A stretch of 64,000 bases of DNA from Anaeromyxobacteraceae bacterium (lineage in GTDB: Bacteria; Myxococcota; Myxococcia; Myxococcales; Anaeromyxobacteraceae), in NCBI GenBank assembly GCA_047602405.1, contig JASGHJ010000001.1:1504001-1568000 (forward strand), in the 5' to 3' direction. Under the pieces are notes generated by a model, which made no database searches, was not told where the DNA came from, and saw only the letters and a program-made list of their open reading frames with translations. This document shows positions 1 through 10,178 of this stretch, piece after piece. Numbering within the stretch: the stretch's first letter is position 1; the number at the start of each line of letters is the position of its first letter. The position numbers and the translations under genes were made by a program.

Positions 1-58
1 CACGAGGCCGGGGACCGGGTCCGGGCCGGGTGCTCGAAATCGCTGGGGCCTCCGTCGT

Positions 59-2044
59 TCACGCTGCCGACCCTCGCACCCCGCGGTGGGATTCGTTCCG
101 GGTCAACCAGGCCTGGAACATGAGCAGGGGCCAGAGCTGCGTGCCCCGCGACCGCTCGCCGGAGAGGTGTTCGCGCACGGCGCGCGCGACGACCTCGGGC
201 CGGAAGTGGCCCTGCCGGGCCAGCGCGTCCGTCGAGAGCAGGTCGAGCATCCAGGTCCGGAGCGGCCCGCGCAGCCAGGCGTCGACGGGGACCCCGAAGC
301 CCTGCTTGGGCCGCTCGACGAGCGCGCGCGGGACGTGGCGGGCGAGCACGCCTCGCAGCGGAAGCTTCCCGGCGAGGCCGTCGACCTTGAGCGCCAGCGG
401 CATGCGCCAGGCGAGCTCGACCACGCGGTGGTCCAGCAGCGGGACGCGGGCCTCGAGGCTGACGGCCATGCTCGCCCGGTCGACCTTCACGAGGATGTCG
501 TCCGGCAGGTAGCTGAGCGTGTCCCAGGCCATCATGCGCTCGACGAGCGGCCGGTCGAACCGCATGCGCTGGGCGGCGGCGAGGGACGACTCGACCCCGC
601 CGCCCTGGACGAGCACCTCCGCGGGCTCGTTCCACGGGGCGAGCAGCCCCGCGTAGAGCGCCTCCGGCGTGTCCCACCGCAGGAGCCTGGCGAGCCGGCG
701 GGCGTGGTCGGCCGGCGGCGCCGTGAACTTCACGCCGCGCAGGAGGGTGCGCCGGGCGAGCTCCATGCCCCCGGCCACGGCGCCCGGAGCGCGCCCGGCC
801 AGCCACCCCGCGGCGGAGGCCGCGGGGCCCGGGATCAGGGCGCGCCAGCGCCAGACCCGCCGCGCGATGGCGTACCGGCTGTAGCCGCCGAACAGCTCGT
901 CGCCCGCGTCTCCGGACAGGCTGACGGTCACGTGCTCGCGGGCGAGCTTCGCGACGAGGTAGGTGGGGATTTGGGAGGCGTCCGCGAAGGGCTCGTCGAA
1001 GATGGTGGGGAGGAGCGGTACGACGGCGAGCGCGTCCTCCGGCGTGACGTAGAGCTCGGTGTGGTCGGTGCCGAGGTGGGCGGCGACCGCCTTCGCCGCC
1101 TTCGCCTCGTCGAACTCCGCCTCGCCGAAGCCGATGGTGAAGGTCCGCACCGGGCGCGAGCTCTGCGCCTGCATGAGGGCGACCACGGTCGAGGAGTCGA
1201 TGCCGCCGGACAGGAACGCGCCGAGCGGCACGTCGGCCTGCATCCGCATCCGCACGGCGTCCCGGAGGAGCGCCTCGAGCGCGTCGACGGCCTCGCCCGC
1301 GTCGCCCCGGAACGGGTCCCGCGCGCCGTCGGCGACGGCGCGCTCGAGCGACCAGTAGGGCCGCGGCGTGGCCTCTCCGGGCCGGGCCGGGTTCACCTCG
1401 AGGAGGTGCGCGGCAGGAAGCTTCTGGACGCCGCGCCAGATCGCGTGCGGGCCGGGCACGTAGCCGTTCGCGAGGTAGAGGGCGAGTGCGCCCCGGTCGA
1501 TCTCGAGCCCGGCGCCGAGCGCGTGCGCGCGGAGCGCCTTCGGCTCCGAGGCGAAGAGGAACGTGCCCCCGAGCCAGCACCAGTAGAGCGGCTTCTCGCC
1601 GAGCCGGTCCCGGGCGAGGAGCAGGCGCCGCTCCACGCGATCCCAGAGCGCGAGGGCGAACATACCGTTGAACCGCTCGAGCGCCTGCTGGAAACCCCAG
1701 GTCGAGACCGCCTCGAGCAGCACCTCGGTGTCGGAGTGTCCGCGGAAGCGCGCACCGCGGGCGAGGAGCTCCTCCCGCAGCTCCGGGTGGTTGTAGATCT
1801 CACCGTTGAACACCACCATCCAGCGGCCGTCGGGCGACGCCATGGGCTGATGACCCTCGGGCGACAGGTCGACGATCGAGAGGCGCCGCTGGGCGAGCGC
1901 GAGGCCGGCGCGCTCGTCGGCCCACTCGCCCGCGTCGTCCGGGCCGCGGTGCTCCATCGTGAGCGCCATGCGCCGGACCTCGGCCGTGAGGTCGCCGGCC
2001 GCCCGGCCGGCGCGCGTGTCGAGGAGCCCGGCGATCCCGCACAT
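59..2044 (-). CDS. asnB: Asparagine synthase (glutamine-hydrolysing), polysaccharide-cluster type amidotransferase
   Basis: N-terminal MCGIAG (Ntn Cys), HRGPDD, NGEIYNH, LSGGIDSS, SGDAGDELFGGY, KVDRASMAVSLEARVP motifs. Confidence 0.93.
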   Translation of the reverse strand: MCGIAGLLDTRAGRAAGDLTAEVRRMALTMEHRGPDDAGEWADERAGLALAQRRLSIVDLSPEGHQPMASPDGRWMVVFNGEIYNHPELREELLARGARFRGHSDTEVLLEAVSTWGFQQALERFNGMFALALWDRVERRLLLARDRLGEKPLYWCWLGGTFLFASEPKALRAHALGAGLEIDRGALALYLANGYVPGPHAIWRGVQKLPAAHLLEVNPARPGEATPRPYWSLERAVADGARDPFRGDAGEAVDALEALLRDAVRMRMQADVPLGAFLSGGIDSSTVVALMQAQSSRPVRTFTIGFGEAEFDEAKAAKAVAAHLGTDHTELYVTPEDALAVVPLLPTIFDEPFADASQIPTYLVAKLAREHVTVSLSGDAGDELFGGYSRYAIARRVWRWRALIPGPAASAAGWLAGRAPGAVAGGMELARRTLLRGVKFTAPPADHARRLARLLRWDTPEALYAGLLAPWNEPAEVLVQGGGVESSLAAAQRMRFDRPLVERMMAWDTLSYLPDDILVKVDRASMAVSLEARVPLLDHRVVELAWRMPLALKVDGLAGKLPLRGVLARHVPRALVERPKQGFGVPVDAWLRGPLRTWMLDLLSTDALARQGHFRPEVVARAVREHLSGERSRGTQLWPLLMFQAWLTRNESHRGVRGSAA

Positions 2045-2050
2045 GTCGTC

Positions 2051-3235
2051 TCAACCTCCCAGGACTTCCGCGTAGACCTGCTCGAAACGCCGAGCGACGC
2101 CGGCGAGCTCGAACTCCCGCCCGATCCTCGCCCGCGCGGCGGCGCCGCGCCGCTGCCGCTCCGCCGGCGGGAGCGCGAGCACGCGCAGGACCGCGGCGCC
2201 GAACGCGTCCGGGTCCGAGACCGGGACGACCTCGCCGGTGTCGCCGACGATCGCGGCGGAGTCCCCGCAGTCGGTCACGACGCACGGGACCGCGCAGGCC
2301 ATGGCCTCGCCCACCACGTTCGGGAAGCCTTCGCCGCTGGCCGAGGACAGCCCCGCGACGTCCAGCGCCGCGACGAGCCGCGGGACGTCCTCGCGGCGCC
2401 CCAGGAGGTGGACGCGGTCCAGGATCCCGAGCCCCTCGGCGAGCCCGGCGAGAGCCGGGTTGCCGGGGTCGACCCCGGTGCCGGCGAGCAGGAAGTGCAC
2501 CTCGGGCCGGGCCCGGGCCACGACCGCCGCCGCCCGCAGGAACGTGGCGTGGTCCTTCTGCGGATTGTAGCGCGCGAGGAGGCCGACGAGGCCGGCCCCG
2601 GCCGGGAGGCCGAGCTCCGCGCGCACCGAGGCACGGTGCTCGGCGGAGGGCGCGAAGCGCGCGAGCTCGAAGCCGTTCGGGATGCAGATCATCCGGCCGC
2701 CGTCGTAACCCACCGCGGCGTGGACGCGGGCGCCCGCCTCCGAGTTGCACACGATGCGCGCAGGGACCCACCGCGACAGCCGCGCGCAGACGCGCTGCAC
2801 GAGCACGGTCCGGGCCTTGTACGTCGTGGCGTCGAGCGTCGAGTGGCGGATCCCCCAGACCACCGGCACGCCGGCGAGGCGCGCCGCGAGCCCGCCGAGG
2901 AGGTCGGCGTGGTACATCCAGGTCTGCACGAGCTGCACGCCGTCCGCGCGCAGGAGCCGGGCGAGGCGGAGGAGCGCGAGCGGGTTCGGGACGCCGCGGC
3001 TCATCCCGAGCCGCCGCACCGGGACGCCGAGCCGCGCGATGGCCTCGCCGATCGGCCCGTCCCCTGTGAGCGAGTACACGATCATCCGGAAGCGCTCGCG
3101 GTCCCGGGCGCCGAGCAGCTTGAGCAACATCCCCTCGGCGCCGCCCACCTCGAGGCCGGTGATGACGTGGCCGACCGTCCTCGGAGCCGGGGCCGGGGAC
3201 GACGCACGGGCCGATGGGGACGCGGGTACGCTCAC
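2051..3235 (-). CDS. Glycosyltransferase, GT4 family
   Basis: HVITGLEVGGAE, IPNGF, KDH, EGFPNVVGEAMACAVPCVVTDCGD motifs. Start placed at GTG 3235; the longer ORF-track start overlaps the divergent gene. Confidence 0.88.
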   Translation of the reverse strand: MSVPASPSARASSPAPAPRTVGHVITGLEVGGAEGMLLKLLGARDRERFRMIVYSLTGDGPIGEAIARLGVPVRRLGMSRGVPNPLALLRLARLLRADGVQLVQTWMYHADLLGGLAARLAGVPVVWGIRHSTLDATTYKARTVLVQRVCARLSRWVPARIVCNSEAGARVHAAVGYDGGRMICIPNGFELARFAPSAEHRASVRAELGLPAGAGLVGLLARYNPQKDHATFLRAAAVVARARPEVHFLLAGTGVDPGNPALAGLAEGLGILDRVHLLGRREDVPRLVAALDVAGLSSASGEGFPNVVGEAMACAVPCVVTDCGDSAAIVGDTGEVVPVSDPDAFGAAVLRVLALPPAERQRRGAAARARIGREFELAGVARRFEQVYAEVLGG

Positions 3236-3416
3236 GGGGCGGCACAGTCTACGAACAAGCGGCACGCCAAGGAACCGCAAGCGACCGCCTGGCGAGCCGC
3301 CGAGGCCGATTCCGCCCTGCTCGCCGCGTTGACCAGGAGTGCCCCTCCGTGCGTTACTTCGCGCCATTGCGGGCCCAACCCGGGCATCCGCCGAGTACCC
3401 AGCCCTCCCCGTGCGC

Positions 3417-4988
3417 ATGCGCTCCATCCCGTTCCGCGTGGTCGCCGCCGTCGTCGCGGCCTCGCCCCTGTTCTGGGCCAGTCCGGTCGCGCTCGCCCAG
3501 TCCCTCCAGCAGATGCCGTCCGGCGGCGCGGGGGCCCAGCCACAGCCGGCGCTCCCACCGAGCACCTTCACGCTACCCGCCGTCGAGACGGGCGACGCCC
3601 GGACGCGCCTCGCCCCGGGTGCGCCGCAGACGCCCTTTCCGCCGGTCGACTCGCCGATCGACCCCACGGAGTACGTCTGCGGTCCGGGTGACGTGCTCGA
3701 GCTCAACTTCTGGGGCCTTCAGAACTTCACGCAGCGCGTGACCGTCGACCTCGAAGGGCGCGCGTTCGTGCCGAAGGTGGGCTACCAGCCGGTGGGTGGT
3801 CGCTCGCTCGCCGAAGCGCGCTCCGCACTCAAACGGTCGGTCGGCGGGCTCTATCCGAAGCTCGGCTTCGACGTGACCCTCGCCGAGCCCCGAAAGTTCC
3901 TGGTGCAGGTGGTCGATAACGTCGAGAAGCCGGGGACCTACCCCGCGCGTGCGGTCGACCGGGTCTCCATCGCGGTGGCGGCGGCGGGCGGCTGGGGGCC
4001 ACGTCCTTCCAAGCGCGCTGTCGAGTTGCGGCGCCGCGACGGAACCCGGCGCGAGCTCGACCTCCTGCGCTTCGAGCAGACCGGAGATCTCGAGCAGAAC
4101 CCGTATCTGCTCGACGGCGACATCGTCCGGGTGCGGTTCGAGAAGGTTGCGGTGACCATCGCCGGGGGGGTCAACCGCCCCGGCCGCTACGAGCTCATCG
4201 GTTCCAAGGACCTCGACGAGCTCGTGGCCCTCGCCGGTGGCCTCTCGCAGTCGGTTGCGACGGGGGTTCCGGTGAGCCTGGTCCGACACACCGACGACGA
4301 CCGGCAACGCCAGACGCTTCATCCCTTCGGCCCCGCTGGCGCCATCCCGGACCTGAAGCTGCAGGACCTGGACCATGTCCAGATTCCGATGTTCCAGGAC
4401 GTCCAGCAGTCCATCTCCGTGGTCGGCGCGCTCTCCGGCGTCACCGGACCCACCGACCCGAACGGCGTCCGGCGGCTACCCTTCATCGTGGGAGACACGG
4501 TCCGCAACCTGCTCGACCGGATCGGCGGAGTCGGCCCGCTCGCTGATCTCGGCGGCTCGTACATCCTCCGCGGGGGCGTGCCCGTGCCGGTGGACCTCGA
4601 CGCGCTGGTCATGCGGCGCGACGTGAGCGCCAACCGCGCGCTCGAGCTCGGCGACACGTTCGTCGTGCCGTTCAAGCGCCGGGACGTCCTGGTGCAGGGG
4701 GCCGTCTTCGTGCCCGGCCTCTACCCCTACAACCCCACGTATTCGGTCGAGCAGTACATCGCGCTCGCGGGCGGGCAGAACCGCTTCGCCCGGGGACTCT
4801 CGGCCGTCCGGCTCGTGACCCCGGAGGGGCGGACGAGGGCGCTCGATCGAGACCTGCGGATCGAGCCCGGCTCGACCGTGGTGGTGCCGGAGCGCGATTT
4901 TTCCCGCGCCGAGGTGGTGCAGCTCATCATCAGCATCGCCGGTGTCGCGGTGAGCGGCGTCGCGGTGGTCCTCGCCGCCCGGAGGTGA
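3417..4988 (+). CDS. Polysaccharide export protein with repeated SLBB domains (Wza/KpsD-like)
   Basis: Signal peptide, YVCGPGDVL poly_export motif, repeated G-V-x-PG-Y and AGG SLBB motifs, C-terminal hydrophobic helix. Start uncertain. Confidence 0.8.
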   Translation: MRSIPFRVVAAVVAASPLFWASPVALAQSLQQMPSGGAGAQPQPALPPSTFTLPAVETGDARTRLAPGAPQTPFPPVDSPIDPTEYVCGPGDVLELNFWGLQNFTQRVTVDLEGRAFVPKVGYQPVGGRSLAEARSALKRSVGGLYPKLGFDVTLAEPRKFLVQVVDNVEKPGTYPARAVDRVSIAVAAAGGWGPRPSKRAVELRRRDGTRRELDLLRFEQTGDLEQNPYLLDGDIVRVRFEKVAVTIAGGVNRPGRYELIGSKDLDELVALAGGLSQSVATGVPVSLVRHTDDDRQRQTLHPFGPAGAIPDLKLQDLDHVQIPMFQDVQQSISVVGALSGVTGPTDPNGVRRLPFIVGDTVRNLLDRIGGVGPLADLGGSYILRGGVPVPVDLDALVMRRDVSANRALELGDTFVVPFKRRDVLVQGAVFVPGLYPYNPTYSVEQYIALAGGQNRFARGLSAVRLVTPEGRTRALDRDLRIEPGSTVVVPERDFSRAEVVQLIISIAGVAVSGVAVVLAARR

Positions 4989-6181
4989 TCGTGGTCACTC
5001 GAAAGCGCGATCTCTCCTGGCTGCGCAGCCTCGAGTCGTGGCGGCGCATGGCGCTCGTGACGGCCGGCATCGCCGCGGCGAGCGTCGTCTACGTCCTCGT
5101 GGCGCCCCGGTGGTACCAGGTCCAGGCCACGCTCGTGCCCGCGCGGTCGCAGCGTTCCGGAGGTTCGGGGATCGCGAGTCTCCTCGGCGGTGACCTCGCC
5201 AGCCTCGCCGGAGGGCTGGAGGCCGCGACCGGGGGAGGAGCGGACGTCCAGCGCATCGCCGCGGTGCTGAAGAGCGACACCGTCACCGACGCCGTCATCG
5301 GGAAGTTCGCGCTCAAGGAGCGCTACAGCGCGAAGTACCTGGAGTCGGCGCGCGAGGTCCTGTGGCGGCGGTGCGGCGTGAAGACCCTGCCGAAGCCCGG
5401 CCTCGTGCAGATCGCCTGCGAGGACAAAGATCCGCAGTTCGTCAAGCAGATGGTCGAGTTCTTCGTCGAGAAGGGTAACGAGGTCTTCAGCCGCGTCAAC
5501 GTCAGCTCCGCGACCGAAGAGGCCCGTTTCCTCGAGCGGCGCGTCACGGACCTGCGCAAGCAGGCGGCGGACTCGGCGCAGGCGATGCGTGAGTTTCAGG
5601 AGAAGTACAAGATCGTCGACCTCGAGACGCAGACCCGGGCGGTGGTGTCCGCGGTCGCAGGGCTGCAGACGCAGCGGATCAACCGGCAGCTCGAGCTCGA
5701 CTTCGCCCGCAGGTTTGCGTCCGCGGACGAGTCGACGTTGCGACAGCTGCGCTCCCAGATCGCGGTCGTCGACGGCCAGCTGGCCGAGCTCCAGGCCGCC
5801 GAGGCGGCGTCCCAGACGACCCCGCGTTCCCTCATGCCCCCGGCCCTCGAGGTTCCGCGCCTCCGCGAACAGTTTGAATCGCTCTATCGCGACCGGAAGG
5901 TCTCGGAGGCGACGCTGGTGTTCGCGCTCGAGCGGCTGGAGAGCGCCAAGGCCAACGAAGCCCGCGACGTCTCCACGTTCATGGTGCTCGATCCGCCCGC
6001 GCTACCGGACCGGCACAGCCGACCGAAGCGCACCCTCACGGTGGTCGGGATGACCGTGCTGGGGGGGCTCATCGCCTTCGCGTGGGAATGGCGCCGCCGC
6101 GGCGGGCTGCGCCTCGCGCCACTCGTCGATGCGCTGATAGGGCCGCCCGCCTCGGCGGACCAGCCGCCCCGTTCGTCCTAG
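4985..6181 (+). CDS. Polysaccharide co-polymerase / chain-length determinant (Wzz/GumC-like, no kinase domain)
   Basis: Two TM helices flanking a coiled-coil periplasmic region, VLDPPALPDRHSRPKR motif before TM2, GTGA overlap with the upstream export gene. Confidence 0.8.
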   Translation: MIVVTRKRDLSWLRSLESWRRMALVTAGIAAASVVYVLVAPRWYQVQATLVPARSQRSGGSGIASLLGGDLASLAGGLEAATGGGADVQRIAAVLKSDTVTDAVIGKFALKERYSAKYLESAREVLWRRCGVKTLPKPGLVQIACEDKDPQFVKQMVEFFVEKGNEVFSRVNVSSATEEARFLERRVTDLRKQAADSAQAMREFQEKYKIVDLETQTRAVVSAVAGLQTQRINRQLELDFARRFASADESTLRQLRSQIAVVDGQLAELQAAEAASQTTPRSLMPPALEVPRLREQFESLYRDRKVSEATLVFALERLESAKANEARDVSTFMVLDPPALPDRHSRPKRTLTVVGMTVLGGLIAFAWEWRRRGGLRLAPLVDALIGPPASADQPPRSS

Positions 6182-6242
6182 GGGCAGGGCCGGTTCGCTG
6201 CACCCGGGAGGTCACCCGCCCGGTTCGCGGTTAGACTGCCGC

Positions 6243-9200
6243 GTGATGCCTCTCCCCTCCCGGCGGGCCACCCCGCCGCGCCCGTCCAGCCTCGCCCTCG
6301 CGGCTCTCGCCGGGGTCCTCGTCGCCACCTCCGGCGCGGCCCCCCGCGCCGCCCGCGCCGCGCCCGCCCGGGGCGCCGCGGCGCCCGCGCCCGCCTACGC
6401 GGCCGACCCCACCGCCGCCCGCCTCCGCGCCGGCCTCGAGGAGCTGGCCCGCGACCGCCGCGGCCCCCGCGGCCTCGTGCCGCTCGCGCGCCTCGGCGAC
6501 CTCGAGGACGAGGCGCCCGATCTCTCGGTGCTCGCCCGCGCGTACGGCGACGCCGCGGGCGACCCGGCCGCCGACCCCGAGGTCCGCGCGCTCGCGCGGC
6601 TGCGCCTCGCGAAGGTCGAGCGGGCCCGGGGCAACCTGCAGCGCTCCGCGGCCGCGCTCCGGCACCTCGGCCTCGTCGCGCGCTGGAAGGTGATCGGGCC
6701 GTTCGACGACGAGGGGAAGCGCGCCCTCGACGTCGTGTACCCGCCGGAGAAGGGGCTCGACCTCGGTGCGGCCGCGCAGGGCAAGGCGCGGGAGGTCTCG
6801 TGGCGCGACCTCCCCGACGACGCCATCGACGACGGCTTCGTCCACCTCGGCGCCGCGGTCCGGCCGTCGCGCGAGGTGGCCGCCTACGCGGTCGCCTTCG
6901 TGGACTCGCCCCGCGACGAGCGGGTGGTGCTCTGGTTCGGCGCGAGCGGAGCCGCCAAGGTCTGGGTGAACGGGGCGCTCGCGCTCCAGGACCGGGGCTA
7001 CCACGTGGCCCGGCCCGACCAGCGCGGCGCACGGATCGCGCTCCGCCGCGGGACGAACGCGATCCTCGTGAAGCTCTGCCACCAGGACGGGCGCATGGGC
7101 TTCTGGCTCCGGCTCGCCGACGAGCGCGGGGAGGGCAAGGTGCTGCCTCCCGCGGCCGCGGCCTCGACCGGCGCGGGGCCGGCGGCGGTCCTCGCCGCGA
7201 CGGCGCCCGCGGCGCCTCCGGTCGAGGGCGCGGTGGCGAAGCTCGAGCGGCGCGCCGCCGCCGCGGCGCGCGCGGGGAAGGCCGCCGAGGCCGCCGCCCG
7301 GCTCGACCTCGCGATCGCGCTCGTGGAGCGCCAGAGCGCCGACCTGGGCGAGCGCCGGCCCGCCGCCGAGGCCCGCCGCGCCGTCGCGCTCGCGCCCTCC
7401 TCGGTGGAGGCGCGCCTCGTCGCCGCCCGGCTCGAGGACGACCACGGCCCCCGGCGCCAGCACCTCGACGCCGCGCTCGCGGCCGCCCCCGGGGACCCGG
7501 AGGTGCTGCTCGCCGTCGCCCGCGACGAGCTCGACCAGAACCGGCCACACGCCGCCCTCGCGCTCGTGGAGCGCGCCCGGGCCGCCGCGCCGGAGTGGCC
7601 GGCGGCGCGGGTCGTGCGGGTGGAGGCGCTCGCGCGGGCGGGGCTCGACGCCGGCGCGACGCTCGCCGCCTTCGAGGCGGCCGACCGCTGCGCCACGGTG
7701 CCGGACGCGGTGCGCGCCGCCGCCCGGGCCGCGCGCCGCCTCGGCCGCAGCGAGGAGGCCGCCGGCCGCCTGCGCACGCTGCTCGCGCTCCGCTTCGACG
7801 ATCCCGAGGCCCGGGGCTCGCTCGCCGGCTTGCTCGTCGACCGCGGCGACGTGGCGGGCGCGATCGCGCTCCAGCGCGAGGGGCTCCGGCTCGACCCGTC
7901 GGACCTCGGGCTGCGGCTGGCCCTCGCCGACCTCCTCGCCGCGAACGGGCGGATGGACGACGCCGAGGTCGCCTACGCCGCCGCCGCCGCGCTCGCGCCC
8001 GAGGAGGCCGACGTGCACGAGCGGCGCGGCCGCGCCCGGCTCTCGGCCGGCCAGGCCGAGGGCGCGCTCGCGGACCTGCGGCGCGCGCTCGAGCTCCGGC
8101 CGCAGGCGCCCGGCGTGAAGGAGCTCGTCCAGAGCCTCGAGCCCGCCCGCGAGCGCTTCGAGGCGCCGTACGCGCTCGACGCGCGGAAGCTCGCCGCGGA
8201 GGCCGCCTTCGACAAGGCGTCGGCCCGGGAAGCGAAGGAGGACGCGGTCGTGCTCGGGGAGCTCCAGGTCACCCGGGTCTTCCCCTCGGGCCTCTCGGCC
8301 GCCTGGCACCAGCAGGTGACGAAGGTGCTCACCCAGCGCGGCGTGGAGCAGCTCCGCCGGCACTCCATCGGCTGGACCCCGGACCGCCAGGAGGTGAAGG
8401 TCGAGCGCGCCCGGATCCTCAAGCCCGACGGGGCGGTGGTCGAGGCGCACGACGAGGCGGAGCACAGCGCGTCCGAGCCGTGGTACCGGCTCTACTACGA
8501 CACGCGGGTGAAGACGCTCTCGTTCCCGGCGCTCGCGCCGGGCGACGTGCTCGAGGTCGCGTGGCGGGTGGACGACACCGCCGGCGAGAACCTGCTCTCC
8601 GACTACTTCGGCGACCTCGCCTTCCTCGAGGATCCGATCCCGAAGCGGCGCTTCGAGTACGTGCTGCTCGTGCCCGGCTCGCGCCCGATCCACGCGAACG
8701 CGCCCGCGGGCGTCGAGCACACGATCCGCACGGTGGCCGAGGGCCCCGCCTCGAACGGCCTCGCCTCGAGCAACATCGTCGAGCACCGCTTCGTCGCGAA
8801 GGACGTCCCGAAGCTCGAGCCGGAGCCGGGCATGCCCGGGATGAGCGAGGTCGCCCGCTACCTGCACGTCTCGACCTACGAGAGCTGGGAGCAGGTCGCC
8901 CACTTCTACGAGGGGCTCGTGCGCGATCAGCTGAAGCCGGGCGAGGAGGTCCGCGCGGTCGCGCGGCGGCTCGCGGAGGGAGTGCTGGAGGCGCGCACGA
9001 GGCCGACCGTGAGGCGGGAGGGCCAGGGGCAGGGCCAGGGCCAGGGCCGCGGCGCCGCCGCGCTCGCCATCCCGCCGCCCGGCGGCTGGGACCGGGAGAC
9101 GAAGCGCGCGCTCGTCGAGGCCGCCTACGGCTTCGTCGTGACCCAGACCCGCTACGTCGGCCTCGAGTTCGGGATCCACGGCTACAAGCCGTACCGGGTC

Positions 9201-10178
9201 GAGCAGGTGCTGCAGCGCCGGTTCGGCGACTGCAAGGACAAGGCGAGCCTCCTCCACGCGCTCCTCGAGGCGATGGGCGTCGACAGCCGGCTCGTGCTCC
9301 TGCGCATGCGCCGGCTCGGCGCGATGCCCGAGGCCCCGGCCTCGCTCGCGATCTTCAACCACGCCATCGCCTACGTGCCGGACCTCGACCTCTGGCTCGA
9401 CGGCACCGCCTCGCAGTCCGGCACCCGCGACCTCCCCGGCGAGGACCGGGGCGCCACCGTGCTCGTGCTCGAGCCCGGGAAGCCGGTCTACCGGACCATC
9501 CCGGCCGCCCGCCCCACCGACAACGTGCTCGAGACGACCTTCGAGGTGACGCTCGCGCCCGACGGCAAGGCCGCGCTCGCCGGCCGCTCGCGCGTCGCGG
9601 GCGTGCAGGCGCCGGAGTACCGGCGCGCCTACCTCGCCGAGGGCGACCGCCGGGCCACGCTCGAGCAGGCCTTCAACCGGACCTTCCCCGGCCTCTCGGT
9701 GAAGGAGGTCTCCATCTCCGACCTCGGCCGCATCGAGGACGACGTCTCGATGCGCTTCCTCCTCGAGGTGCCGGACTACGCCCGGCGGGACGGCGACGGC
9801 CTGCGCTTCACGCCCTTCGGGGCGGGCCTGCGGTACGCCGAGGCGTTCGCCTCGCTCTCGAAGCGCAAGCAGGACCTCGTCATCGGCGATCCGTCCGAGA
9901 CCCGCTTCACGTACCGTTACCGGCTGCCCCCGGGCTGGGCCGTGACCGAGCTGCCGGAGCCCGCCTCCGGCGACGGCGAGGCGGCCGCGTTCGAGGTGCG
10001 CTACCGCCAGGAGCCCCCTGTCGGTCTCGAGGGCGGGGCGCTCGTCGCGGAGGGCCACGTGACCTTCAAGGCCGGGCGCGTCCCCGCCGCGGGCTACCGC
10101 GCGTTCCGCGACCTGCTCGGCCAGCTCGACCGCGCCTTCGACCGCAAGGTCCGGATCGCGCCCAAGGAGAAGCCGTGA
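6243..10178 (+). CDS. Secreted TPR + DUF3857 + transglutaminase-like protein
   Basis: Signal peptide, WKVIGPF domain, TPR-like repeats, FPALAPGDVLE (DUF3857-like), GDCKDKA / FNHAI / WLDGT Cys-His-Asp triad. Confidence 0.8.
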   Translation: MMPLPSRRATPPRPSSLALAALAGVLVATSGAAPRAARAAPARGAAAPAPAYAADPTAARLRAGLEELARDRRGPRGLVPLARLGDLEDEAPDLSVLARAYGDAAGDPAADPEVRALARLRLAKVERARGNLQRSAAALRHLGLVARWKVIGPFDDEGKRALDVVYPPEKGLDLGAAAQGKAREVSWRDLPDDAIDDGFVHLGAAVRPSREVAAYAVAFVDSPRDERVVLWFGASGAAKVWVNGALALQDRGYHVARPDQRGARIALRRGTNAILVKLCHQDGRMGFWLRLADERGEGKVLPPAAAASTGAGPAAVLAATAPAAPPVEGAVAKLERRAAAAARAGKAAEAAARLDLAIALVERQSADLGERRPAAEARRAVALAPSSVEARLVAARLEDDHGPRRQHLDAALAAAPGDPEVLLAVARDELDQNRPHAALALVERARAAAPEWPAARVVRVEALARAGLDAGATLAAFEAADRCATVPDAVRAAARAARRLGRSEEAAGRLRTLLALRFDDPEARGSLAGLLVDRGDVAGAIALQREGLRLDPSDLGLRLALADLLAANGRMDDAEVAYAAAAALAPEEADVHERRGRARLSAGQAEGALADLRRALELRPQAPGVKELVQSLEPARERFEAPYALDARKLAAEAAFDKASAREAKEDAVVLGELQVTRVFPSGLSAAWHQQVTKVLTQRGVEQLRRHSIGWTPDRQEVKVERARILKPDGAVVEAHDEAEHSASEPWYRLYYDTRVKTLSFPALAPGDVLEVAWRVDDTAGENLLSDYFGDLAFLEDPIPKRRFEYVLLVPGSRPIHANAPAGVEHTIRTVAEGPASNGLASSNIVEHRFVAKDVPKLEPEPGMPGMSEVARYLHVSTYESWEQVAHFYEGLVRDQLKPGEEVRAVARRLAEGVLEARTRPTVRREGQGQGQGQGRGAAALAIPPPGGWDRETKRALVEAAYGFVVTQTRYVGLEFGIHGYKPYRVEQVLQRRFGDCKDKASLLHALLEAMGVDSRLVLLRMRRLGAMPEAPASLAIFNHAIAYVPDLDLWLDGTASQSGTRDLPGEDRGATVLVLEPGKPVYRTIPAARPTDNVLETTFEVTLAPDGKAALAGRSRVAGVQAPEYRRAYLAEGDRRATLEQAFNRTFPGLSVKEVSISDLGRIEDDVSMRFLLEVPDYARRDGDGLRFTPFGAGLRYAEAFASLSKRKQDLVIGDPSETRFTYRYRLPPGWAVTELPEPASGDGEAAAFEVRYRQEPPVGLEGGALVAEGHVTFKAGRVPAAGYRAFRDLLGQLDRAFDRKVRIAPKEKP

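Noticed and set aside
9020..9050. GGCCAG hexamer repeats (GQGQGQG) and similar short repeats in hemW and at 45842-45870
   Set aside because: Short low-complexity linker or slippage repeats with no sign of a separate function.
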